A DNA stretch of 36,933 nucleotides, from the NCBI GenBank assembly GCA_900313515.1, contig OMRK01000132.1:1-36933 (forward strand), in the 5' to 3' direction. A model generated the notes under the pieces. That model was not told the DNA's origin. It was given only the letters and a program-made list of their open reading frames with translations, and did not search any database. Both the position numbers and the translations under genes were made by a program. Shown here piece after piece: positions 26,868-34,529 of this stretch (positions are counted from its first letter, which is position 1; the number at the start of each line of letters is the position of its first letter). This DNA comes from an uncultured bacterium. Its GTDB lineage: Bacteria; Vulcanimicrobiota; Xenobia; Xenobiales; Xenobiaceae.

Positions 26868-27236
26868 TCAGGAAGCAACCACTACAGCCACTCCCAAGAA
26901 TATAACCACCGTTCCCAGCCATCTCAAGGGCGAAACATGCTCATTTAGATAAACCTTGGCTAAGAAAGCATTAACCACGTAATCCAGTGCAGTCATGGGC
27001 AAAAGCAGTGAAAGATCGGCCATTGAGAGCATAATCATCCACAAAATAAAGGAACAAATTAGAAGTCCCGTTCCTACCATAACCCAGCCACTGCTAACAA
27101 CACAGACTAATGTTTTGACCAAATCCCTCCAGCTATGAAGGGACACATCCACAGAGCGCATCCCTTTGGAGACAAAGATATTGCCCCAGGCTGTAACAAA
27201 AACTCCCGTGAGTATCAGAATCACTAACTTTAGCAT
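26868..27236 (-). CDS. Small single-EamA-domain (DMT-superfamily, ArnE/ArnF-sized) membrane protein
   Basis: 122 aa with four predicted TM helices. The C-terminal LNEHVSPLRWLGTVVIFLGVAVV is typical of an EamA repeat end. The family call is from general resemblance only. Confidence 0.65.
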   Translation of the reverse strand: MLKLVILILTGVFVTAWGNIFVSKGMRSVDVSLHSWRDLVKTLVCVVSSGWVMVGTGLLICSFILWMIMLSMADLSLLLPMTALDYVVNAFLAKVYLNEHVSPLRWLGTVVIFLGVAVVVAS

Positions 27237-27389
27237 GCTATGTTTCCATCCAAATCAGCCCCCGCCTCTTCGCTTTCCATAAGTTCTGCCCTCTATAATG
27301 ACTTTCAAGCAGGCATTTACCACTTTTTTAAAGAATTCACATGGAAATAGGAAAACTCGAAGAGTGTTTTGTAAAGGAATGGTGTTTTT

Positions 27390-28640
27390 ATGCGCCGGTT
27401 GATGATGCTTTTGTTTACTGCAATGTTGGGGCTGTTGCTGGGGCTTCTTCCATGCGGCCATATTGACGGCGTCAAAGCAGCGGGAGCGGGCTCTCCAGTG
27501 TTGCTATTGCAGTCGGAGATTGGTGGAAAACTAGTAATTGCCAACGCTGTGATTGTTAAAAAAGAAGCAGAGAACAGCTTGGCTCTCACCAGCTACGAAG
27601 CCATCAAGGGAGCAGCCAGAATAACCGCTCTAGTGCATGGTAGCCGCTCTCCGCTTCCGGCTAAGCTGTTAAAATTTGCACCAGAGGCCAATTTAGCTCT
27701 TTTAGAAGTTCCGACTACAGAAGTTTTGCCAGCCAGTCTGGGCGACAGTGAGGTCGTTAAGCTGAAGACTCCGGCTCGAATTGAGTTTGCCGGCCCTATT
27801 ATGAGCGGCGACGTAGCCACCTCTTTTGAGGTTATTAAGCGTTCTGCCAACGTCGATAACATAGCCAATCGCCCAAACGGTTCCGTAATGCGCCTGCTCC
27901 TTGCGCAACCATCCGATGACAACACCAGTGGTGCGCCTGTTTTCCTTCCAAGTACCGGCGAATTAGTGGCTATATCCTTCTCTGCTGATGCCTCAGGAGG
28001 CAATAATAATTATAGGTTTGCCGTACCTACTTCTATGGTGGGAGCCCTCTCCGACAAGCTTAAGGTCTCCGGCGATTCCGTTGCCAATATTCGAGTTTTA
28101 GATGGCAAAGATGCTCCCATTTTAGATGGTGGCGAATCCGGCGCCAATGGTGATGGCGGCGGTCTTTTAGTGCCCATTATCGTAGTTGTTGTGGCAGTAG
28201 TAATATTGGGTGGTACCGCCTACACCCTCTTCTTTAAAGGCAAAGGCAAAAGCAGCAGTGCCGTTGAGCCCTTCTCAGTCATGCCGATTCTGCCAGAGAG
28301 TATGGAGATGGCCTTCATTACCTCTGAAGGTGTGCTTCTGCCCATGGATAAAGATCCCATCACGATAGGCCGTTCCGATACCAATGATTGGTGCTTTACC
28401 GAGTCTAGCGTCTCCGGTCGTCACGCCCGCATTCGCAAAGCTCGTAGCGGTTCGGGGTACGAAGTTGAAGATTTGAGTAGCACCAATGGAACCTTTGTGA
28501 GAGGCCGCCAGGTGGGAAGAAGCGAGATCATTAATCCTGGTGACGTTGTAAAATTCGGTCGCAAGATCGAGGTTAAACTTGTTAGCAGAGCAGAGACCTT
28601 GCTGAGAAATTCGAAAAAGACAGCGGTGGCTCCAGAGTAA
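27390..28640 (+). CDS. Membrane protein: signal peptide, trypsin-fold domain with a degenerate catalytic triad, TM helix, cytoplasmic FHA domain
   Basis: N-terminal MRRLMMLLFTAMLGLLLGLL. The Trypsin_2-like blocks are LALTSYEAIKG, EANLALLEV and DNTSGAPVF..GELVAISF. TM segment LLVPIIVVVVAVVILGGTAYTLFF. The FHA signature is ITIGRSDTNDWCF..SVSGRHARI......YEVEDLSSTNGTFVRGRQV...PGDVVKFG. Confidence 0.8.
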   Translation: MRRLMMLLFTAMLGLLLGLLPCGHIDGVKAAGAGSPVLLLQSEIGGKLVIANAVIVKKEAENSLALTSYEAIKGAARITALVHGSRSPLPAKLLKFAPEANLALLEVPTTEVLPASLGDSEVVKLKTPARIEFAGPIMSGDVATSFEVIKRSANVDNIANRPNGSVMRLLLAQPSDDNTSGAPVFLPSTGELVAISFSADASGGNNNYRFAVPTSMVGALSDKLKVSGDSVANIRVLDGKDAPILDGGESGANGDGGGLLVPIIVVVVAVVILGGTAYTLFFKGKGKSSSAVEPFSVMPILPESMEMAFITSEGVLLPMDKDPITIGRSDTNDWCFTESSVSGRHARIRKARSGSGYEVEDLSSTNGTFVRGRQVGRSEIINPGDVVKFGRKIEVKLVSRAETLLRNSKKTAVAPE

Positions 28641-28789
28641 TCTGAAGTCTAGTTTGTGAATAGTTTTGCAGACTGGCTCGAGCCGAAGGCCCGCCGATCT
28701 GAGGGGGGGATCGAGCTTAATAAGGACAGGTTTACGCAAAAAAGCATAGCACTGTCAAAAAAAACTAGGACGGGGAGCATTTTTAGGAT

Positions 28790-30028
28790 ATGAGTACGCC
28801 TTTTACCTGTTATGATGTTTTCTTGGCCGTGGCAGGACGCCAAAAGCCCATAAGCAGAGAAGCCTTAATAAAGGCTATGTGGATCGAAGATACCGATTTG
28901 GCTACACTTGACAGTGTTTTAGGAGATTTGCTCAAGCAGCACCTTTTGGATGGCGATGCCTCAGGGTACGTGAAGGGCTCTCATTCCAAGGCTTCCGACC
29001 TTTTGGAACTACTTCTTGTGGCCGTAGGATACGAGTTCAACTATAACTTGTACCTTTCGGAGGACATGCAAAACTTTCTGCAATCGGTCTATAAGTTGGA
29101 GAGTTTTTCCGATAGCGAACTGGATTCTTTACCCCAAAAGCGTGAATTTTTGCACAACATGATCAAGGATCGGCTTATTCTGTTTATTAGCTATGAGCCG
29201 TTAGTTATGCGCCTTCCCCACGTTCTTTTTTTTGACTTGATTTGCTCCTACTTCGGCATCAAGCCGCGTACCAAATTTTTTGATAGGAAACTGAATTTAG
29301 ATCGAATTATAAGCGATAAGCTCAGTACTATAGAAGCCAAAGAAATGCTTCCATTTTCCATGGGCTCACGTTATATTTTTGCTTCCGGTAGCAGTACCAT
29401 CGAACGTAGTATCCCTAAAATGCAAAGGCTTATAACCTACGATATTGTCCCCGAGCAGGGAGAAGTTTTCGATCAAGTTACCAAAGAAAATTTTGCCAAA
29501 GCTAAGCAGTTGGTCGAACGCAATTCGGTCCTTCTCAAGCGTAGTCTCAGTATAGAAATAATCCATCAATATCACTCTGTGGCTTTGGCTCTGAACGCAA
29601 AGGAAGATGGATACCGCACCTTCGAGGTGGAGATTCGCTCGAATCCATATTTCAAAACTGCTCAAGCCAAGCGCATCCCGGAACTCATAGATAAATTACT
29701 GGCAGATTATAGGAAAGCTATTTCGACCTCAGCCGGATTATTGTCTATAATCGCTGCCGCTTCCTATTTCTACAATGGATTTATTCATATTCACCCTTTT
29801 GAAGACGGTAACAGTCGAACGGCCTTCTTGGCTATGTTGCACATCTTCAACCTTTTTGGCGTAGATTTTGATGTTCCCGAATGTTTCGATTACAGCTTCA
29901 TTAAGGTAACTAAAGGACAGAGAAAGCGCAATGACAACGAATTGCAGGAACTGCTCAAAGAAATCTACATATCGACGCTCAATAAGAAAGAACTGGAGCT
30001 CATGACCAATTTAGCCAAGAAGCTTTAA
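28790..30028 (+). CDS. Fic/Doc-fold protein with a non-canonical active-site motif
   Basis: HPFEDGNSRTAF at residues 335-346 (29792-29827), preceded by the typical AASYFYNGFIHIHPF context. The N-terminal 60 aa or so (ISREALIKAM...LGDLLKQHLLDGDASGYV) look winged-helix-like (weak). The gene is about 40% GC by hand count. Confidence 0.85.
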   Translation: MSTPFTCYDVFLAVAGRQKPISREALIKAMWIEDTDLATLDSVLGDLLKQHLLDGDASGYVKGSHSKASDLLELLLVAVGYEFNYNLYLSEDMQNFLQSVYKLESFSDSELDSLPQKREFLHNMIKDRLILFISYEPLVMRLPHVLFFDLICSYFGIKPRTKFFDRKLNLDRIISDKLSTIEAKEMLPFSMGSRYIFASGSSTIERSIPKMQRLITYDIVPEQGEVFDQVTKENFAKAKQLVERNSVLLKRSLSIEIIHQYHSVALALNAKEDGYRTFEVEIRSNPYFKTAQAKRIPELIDKLLADYRKAISTSAGLLSIIAAASYFYNGFIHIHPFEDGNSRTAFLAMLHIFNLFGVDFDVPECFDYSFIKVTKGQRKRNDNELQELLKEIYISTLNKKELELMTNLAKKL

Positions 30029-30034
30029 GTAGTT

Positions 30035-30931
30035 ATGACTACTTTGGTAGCTAACGATATTATAGACCAGCGCTACCAAGTGATCCGACCGCTGGGTGAG
30101 GGAGCTCAAAGTTGCGTTTATCTGGTTAGCGATTTTGCCCGTCCCCTGGCCAGGTGGGCTCTTAAACAGTTGCGCTTAAGCGAGCTTCCCCAAAGCGAGC
30201 AGAAACCAGCTTTAGCCATGTTTGCCCGTGAAGCGGACATACTTCGCAGGCTCCACCATCAGGCTCTGCCCAAGCTCATTGATTATGCAGAGCCTGCCAA
30301 TGAGAATCCTTATATTGTCATGGAACGCGTGTCCGGACATCCCTTAGATGAGGTCCTCGACCGCCGTTCTACCCCCCTGCGACTAGAAGAAGCCCTGCCT
30401 ATCGCACTGCAACTTACCCATTTGCTGTGCACGTTGCACAGTCAAAATCCGCCTATCATCTACAGAGATTTAAAGCCATCTAACCTGATACTGGCTGACA
30501 GTGGCATGGTGCGGTTAATCGATTTCGGCATCGCCCGTTTTCGCAGTGATCGCTCTGCCAAAGACACACAAGAACTAGGCACTCCCGGTTACTCCGCCCC
30601 AGAGCAATACCGGGGCAATTCCAGTCCACGCAGCGATATATACTCACTGGGGGTTACCCTATACTACATGCTGACTTTCAAAGATCCGCAGGACCAGAAC
30701 TTTAATTTTCCACCTCTAGAAGACGTGATCGATGTTCCCAAGGAATTGAGCGATATAGTGGCTAGATGCCTGGAGGTGGATGCCGAAAAGCGTCCCACCT
30801 CCGCTCTGGACGTGCAAAAACAGTTGTTGCGTGTACTCGATAGTTGTGAAAATAGAAAAAGCCATCAGACTCAGCCACTTGAGCCCGGCTTGCTTCATTT
30901 AAGCAAACACCTAGCCATGCTAAACAGCTAA
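30035..30931 (+). CDS. Hanks-type Ser/Thr protein kinase, kinase domain only
   Basis: Gly-rich loop LGEGAQSCVY, the lysine in WALKQL, catalytic loop YRDLKPSNLIL (Y143 at 30461 replaces the usual H), DFGIA, and GTPGYSAPE. No TM or sensor domain. It starts 6 nt after the Fic stop. Confidence 0.9.
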   Translation: MTTLVANDIIDQRYQVIRPLGEGAQSCVYLVSDFARPLARWALKQLRLSELPQSEQKPALAMFAREADILRRLHHQALPKLIDYAEPANENPYIVMERVSGHPLDEVLDRRSTPLRLEEALPIALQLTHLLCTLHSQNPPIIYRDLKPSNLILADSGMVRLIDFGIARFRSDRSAKDTQELGTPGYSAPEQYRGNSSPRSDIYSLGVTLYYMLTFKDPQDQNFNFPPLEDVIDVPKELSDIVARCLEVDAEKRPTSALDVQKQLLRVLDSCENRKSHQTQPLEPGLLHLSKHLAMLNS

Positions 30932-31097
30932 AGAAGCAAAGCCCGCCAACTACTCAAAATGCCGCCTGGTGGCGTATGTTTCCCGAATTTTCAAGACCTG
31001 ATAGCAAAACACCTGGCTGGGTTACCAACAATCCGATAACCCCTTCCCAGGGCTTCTTGTGACCTTAAGCAAATGTACGAAAATACAAGAATAAGCA

Positions 31098-31146
31098 GAA
31101 AAATGCTAAAAAATAATCGGGCTGAACAAACTAAAGAAAAAGCCCG
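31098..31146 (-). terminator. Candidate intrinsic terminator overlapping the 3' end of the FtsB-like gene
   Basis: On the minus strand, the stem CGGGCT/AGCCCG (31141-31146 / 31118-31123) has a 17-nt loop and is followed by ATTATTTTTTAGCATTTTT. The TAG stop lies inside the U-tract. Confidence 0.45.
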
Positions 31147-31606
31147 AAGGACGGTGCCCCTTCTTGCAAGTTCCAGCGACAACACCACTGCCGGCTGGCT
31201 TTGCAGGCATGCTAGGAGCGCCATCAACTATATAGGCGACCTCACCTTTGGCCACCATGCCCAGCTTTTCTCTGGCAACATCCTTGACACCTTCGGGCCG
31301 CTGCAATCTGGCCTGCTTTTTCTCCAGGACCGTAATTTCCGTCCTAACCTGAGCGACATCACGCTCACACTGTTCCAGCTCTGCTAGCTTATCTCTATAC
31401 TCCTGACGTTGTTCACCCAGTATGCTTACAAAGTAATATACCCCCGCCGCCAGCAAAAAAGCCAGGACACACCCCAAAACACTGTTACGGAACAAAGCCG
31501 ATCTAAAGAAACGCCTGATCTTATTGAACACCCCTGCAAACCCTAGCCCTTCCGCAGCCAACTCATCAAGCAAACCTCTACAAAAAAAAAGGCCGCAGCC
31601 CGCCAC
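31106..31606 (-). CDS. FtsB/DivIC-family septum formation initiator-like protein
   Basis: TM helix VLGCVLAFLLAAGVYYFVSIL, a coiled coil (YRDKLAELEQCERDVAQVRTEITVLEKKQARL), and the family signature VKDVAREKLGMVAKGEVAYIV. The true start is probably downstream of GTG 31606, for example GTG 31531 (VFNKIRRFF...) preceded by GGAAGGG. The first 25 codons include a T9 run on the coding strand. Confidence 0.75.
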   Translation of the reverse strand: MAGCGLFFCRGLLDELAAEGLGFAGVFNKIRRFFRSALFRNSVLGCVLAFLLAAGVYYFVSILGEQRQEYRDKLAELEQCERDVAQVRTEITVLEKKQARLQRPEGVKDVAREKLGMVAKGEVAYIVDGAPSMPAKPAGSGVVAGTCKKGHRPSGFFFSLFSPIIF

Positions 31607-31704
31607 GCTTACGCTTATGGGATTCGACCTCAGGTGGGTTATTATCCTGCCACATTAAAATTTTTTTTGCCTTGCTCCCTTACCATCTGTACTAAGACGC
31701 AGTG

Positions 31705-31762
31705 CACAGAAACGACAACAGCTCCCACCCGCTACACTAAAAAAACAGCAGGGCTGGGAGCT
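31705..31762 (-). terminator. Candidate terminator hairpin downstream of the zinc-ribbon gene
   Basis: AGCTCCCA (31720-31727) / TGGGAGCT (31755-31762) form a perfect 8-bp stem, extendable by CCC/GGG and GCT/AGC with two bulges. On the minus strand it is followed by GTTGTCGTTTCTGTG, which is only moderately U-rich. Confidence 0.4.
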
Positions 31763-31805
31763 ACCAATCTAAACACTCATCTATTAAAAGAAAGCGAAAC
31801 TTCTC

Positions 31806-32357
31806 TTACCAATCGTCACGATCGCGGTCACGATTGCGATCGCGGTCACGACCGCGGTCGCGCTTACGATTGCGTCCGTTCAAGCTTGGCGGCGGATACA
31901 CATCGGCGAAACTGGATAGGTCAAAATCTGCAGCACCAAATGACGAAGCTGACGAGCTGCGGTTGTTAGAACGAGGGGCACTAGAACGTCCGCTACTGGG
32001 ACGCGCTCCAGCGGCTTTGGTACTGCCGCCATTGGCACGGTAGCAGTCAGAGCAATAAACGGGACGACCGTTGTTAGGTTGGAAAGGTACTTGAGTTTCC
32101 TTGCCGCATTCAGCGCAGACCGCGCTGTACATCTGGCGGGGAGAGTGTGGGCTAGCAGCAGCAGTTTGGTCTGCATCGACATTGCGGGGAGCTTTCACAT
32201 TGCCAGCGACCTGGCCGGCTTTGGTGGCCTTGCGGGCAGCCCTGCATTCAGGGCAACGACGCGGCTCTGAAAAGCCATGAGATGCGTAAAATTCTTGATC
32301 ACCTTCCGTGAACACAAACTCCGCGCCACAATCGACGCACTTTAGGGACTTATCCAC
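31806..32357 (-). CDS. Double zinc-ribbon protein (N-terminal CxxC...CxxC ribbon plus a CxxC-x17-CxxC domain) with an Arg/Asp repeat tail
   Basis: CVDCGAEFVFTEGDQEFYASHGFSEPRRCPEC, then CAECGKETQVPFQPNNGRPVYCSDC with exactly 17 residues between the CxxC pairs. GTG start at 32357 with GGAG 12 nt upstream. Confidence 0.8.
   Translation of the reverse strand: MDKSLKCVDCGAEFVFTEGDQEFYASHGFSEPRRCPECRAARKATKAGQVAGNVKAPRNVDADQTAAASPHSPRQMYSAVCAECGKETQVPFQPNNGRPVYCSDCYRANGGSTKAAGARPSSGRSSAPRSNNRSSSASSFGAADFDLSSFADVYPPPSLNGRNRKRDRGRDRDRNRDRDRDDW
31809..31874 (-). repeat. Coding 18-nt-period repeat specifying the RNRKRDRGRDRDRNRDRDRDDW tail
   Basis: GATCGCGGTCACGA occurs at 31820-31833 and 31838-31851 (plus-strand reading), within a run of CG-rich R/D codons. 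Confidence 0.6.
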
Positions 32358-32591
32358 TCCGATTTATATCTCCAGTATAATATGCAAAGGCAGAATTCCA
32401 AACGCTCGACAAGAGAATCTAATTTTCTGCTCGCTAACAATACCATTTTTAAGGCTGGCTTTCAATAGTCAAAAGAGAGAAAATTACGCTGATACCTAAA
32501 TTATTCCAAACTTCACACAAAACTGGGTCACAAATATTTTAGTAACTGAAAAGATACAGGAACTTGCAATGCCTGCAGCAAAATTTTTACT

Positions 32592-34457
32592 ATGAGTAAT
32601 ACGGGCGCAGCCTCCAGAAAAACTCCCCATAAAGGTCTACAAACGCTTCTTGTCGGTTTGCTGCTCTATGTATCAATAACCTTGTATAAATCCGGGCTTT
32701 GGCTAATTATTTACGATGGAGGAACTGCTAGAAACAGCCTAAGTGAAGTGATAGCCATAATGCGGTGCCTGTTTGCTTCTAGACCACTTATTGCAGCCTT
32801 CGAAGTCGCCGCCTGCGCCTACTTCGCCCATTGTTTTCTCAGGGAAACATTCAAGTGGCCTGCTCATTTGACAGCTTTCCTCGTCTCGGCAGGCTCCATA
32901 TTGGGGCAAGCTTACGCAACCCATGAAGCCCTCCGCGTTCGCCAAATGGATTGGCTAATTTTGGCTATTTTAGCAGTAATATTAGCTGGACTCTATTTGA
33001 TGACGCGTTGCCTTATATCTGTTGCCCAAGAACTGGGCATTTATCTTTCCAAAATTCAAATACCCACAACCAATTTGGCTTCAATAATACAAAAGTTTGA
33101 AAGACACCCATTCATCTGTAGTTGGATAACCATTTTCACCAGTTGGATGCCTACAGCCTTTATAAAATACCCTGGAGGCTTAGGGTACGACGCTTATTTT
33201 CAAATAGAGGAATATTTTGGCTTTGCTCCTCTAGCCCACAAATACTGGCCGGTTGCTTCCAGCGTATTTATGGGCGCTATGGTTGATTTAGGCCACAAAT
33301 TATTCGGTTCATTAGATGCCGGATTATTCTGCTTGACCTTGGTTCAGGCGGCAGCCTGCTCCGCCATATTGGCCTACAGTTTGTCGGCGGGAAAAGAGTT
33401 ACAGATTCCCAGACGCTGGCGCTGCTTCATGCTATTTTTGTACTCTATAGCCCCCATATATTATTCGCAATGCACCTCTATAATTAAGGACATGATTTAC
33501 ACCTGCCTGGTGGTCTTGCTGATAGTGCTTCTAGCCAGGAATTTGTTTAAAGATCACTTTAGCATGATCGACTACGGCTGCTTAACGTTCACCTCATTTC
33601 TAGTGTGCATATTTCGCAGCAACGGTATAAGCATCATTCTGTTGGGCCTACTGGTTCTGTTGATCCACAATTTATTCAGCACACCCAAGCGCTGGCCGCT
33701 TTGCTGGGCTTTAATGGGAGCAACCGGACTCTTTTGCGCTTATTCTTGGTTTATTTCTCATGCTATAGATTTACCCAAGGATGGAATCAAGGAAGGGCTG
33801 TCTTTGCCATTTCAACAGACAGCTCACTACGTCAAGGAATACGGTCATGAAGTTACAGCCCAGGAAAGGGAAGCAATAAACGCTGTGTTGGATTATGAGG
33901 CGTTGCCTAGCATTTATGACTGTCTTCTAAGTGATAACGTCAAGGCCACCTATCGCGGTGACTCCAACAAACTGCCCGCTTATTTCAAAATATGGATCGC
34001 TCAGTTCTTGAGGCACCCAGCCGCATATCTGGAATCTCCAGTAGCCAATACCGGCGGTTTCTTTTACGTAGATGCAGAATCTATGTGGACTTGTAGCGAT
34101 CCCGGCAATTGGAATAAGTTGATTTACACATATGAGCCTTCCGTTTTTTTTGTGCGGCTGAAGGCTCTATGTTTAAACGCCACCGAATGCCTGGCCAGGA
34201 TGCCGCTCTTCAACCTAATTAACAGTGTGGCTACATCCATTTTTATAACTTTAGGACTAGCCTTAGAGTGCCTGCGCCAAAAAAATTGGAAAATGCTTTT
34301 CCTCTTGCTGCCTTCAATCATGGGAATTTTGACCTGTGTGGCTTCGCCAACTTTCTACAACGGTGGGATCCGCTATGCCTTCCCCATCGTTTACGCCCTG
34401 CCATTTCTTTGGGGGCTGTACCTCAAAGAAAAATTACAACGCTCTGTAGTAAGCTAG
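32592..34457 (+). CDS. Large polytopic membrane protein (paralog 1), possibly a DUF6020-like / GT-C-like family member
   Basis: 621 aa with many TM helices. Conserved loop KYPGGLGYDAYFQIEEYFGFAPLAHKYWPVASSVFMGAMVDLG. About 60% identical to the 35329.. ORF over a stretch of about 130 aa that I aligned by eye (81/133). The family name is from memory only. Confidence 0.8.
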   Translation: MSNTGAASRKTPHKGLQTLLVGLLLYVSITLYKSGLWLIIYDGGTARNSLSEVIAIMRCLFASRPLIAAFEVAACAYFAHCFLRETFKWPAHLTAFLVSAGSILGQAYATHEALRVRQMDWLILAILAVILAGLYLMTRCLISVAQELGIYLSKIQIPTTNLASIIQKFERHPFICSWITIFTSWMPTAFIKYPGGLGYDAYFQIEEYFGFAPLAHKYWPVASSVFMGAMVDLGHKLFGSLDAGLFCLTLVQAAACSAILAYSLSAGKELQIPRRWRCFMLFLYSIAPIYYSQCTSIIKDMIYTCLVVLLIVLLARNLFKDHFSMIDYGCLTFTSFLVCIFRSNGISIILLGLLVLLIHNLFSTPKRWPLCWALMGATGLFCAYSWFISHAIDLPKDGIKEGLSLPFQQTAHYVKEYGHEVTAQEREAINAVLDYEALPSIYDCLLSDNVKATYRGDSNKLPAYFKIWIAQFLRHPAAYLESPVANTGGFFYVDAESMWTCSDPGNWNKLIYTYEPSVFFVRLKALCLNATECLARMPLFNLINSVATSIFITLGLALECLRQKNWKMLFLLLPSIMGILTCVASPTFYNGGIRYAFPIVYALPFLWGLYLKEKLQRSVVS

Positions 34458-34529
34458 CTTGCTTCACCATTTATTCCGTTCCATCCCTATTTAGCACCGC
34501 CCCCCCCAATCACAGAAGGCCTTGATGAT

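Noticed and set aside
28656-28793. 45-codon ORF (GTG 28656, VNSFADWLEPKARRSEGGIELNKDRF...) whose TGA overlaps the Fic ATG in ATGA and which contains ARRSEG, reminiscent of the Fic-antitoxin inhibitory motif (S/T)xxxE(G/N)
   Set aside because: It is tempting as a FicA/VbhA-like antitoxin. However, it has a GTG start with only a weak GAAG upstream, the first motif position is Ala, and the peptide is basic and not obviously helical, whereas known antitoxins are acidic helices. An open frame of this length arises by chance about 10% of the time. It is worth a conservation check but is not supportable as a feature.
31607-31660. GGTCGAATCCC on the minus strand resembling a tRNA T-loop
   Set aside because: The flanking bases do not form a T-stem and I cannot draw acceptor, D or anticodon arms. 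It is not a tRNA.
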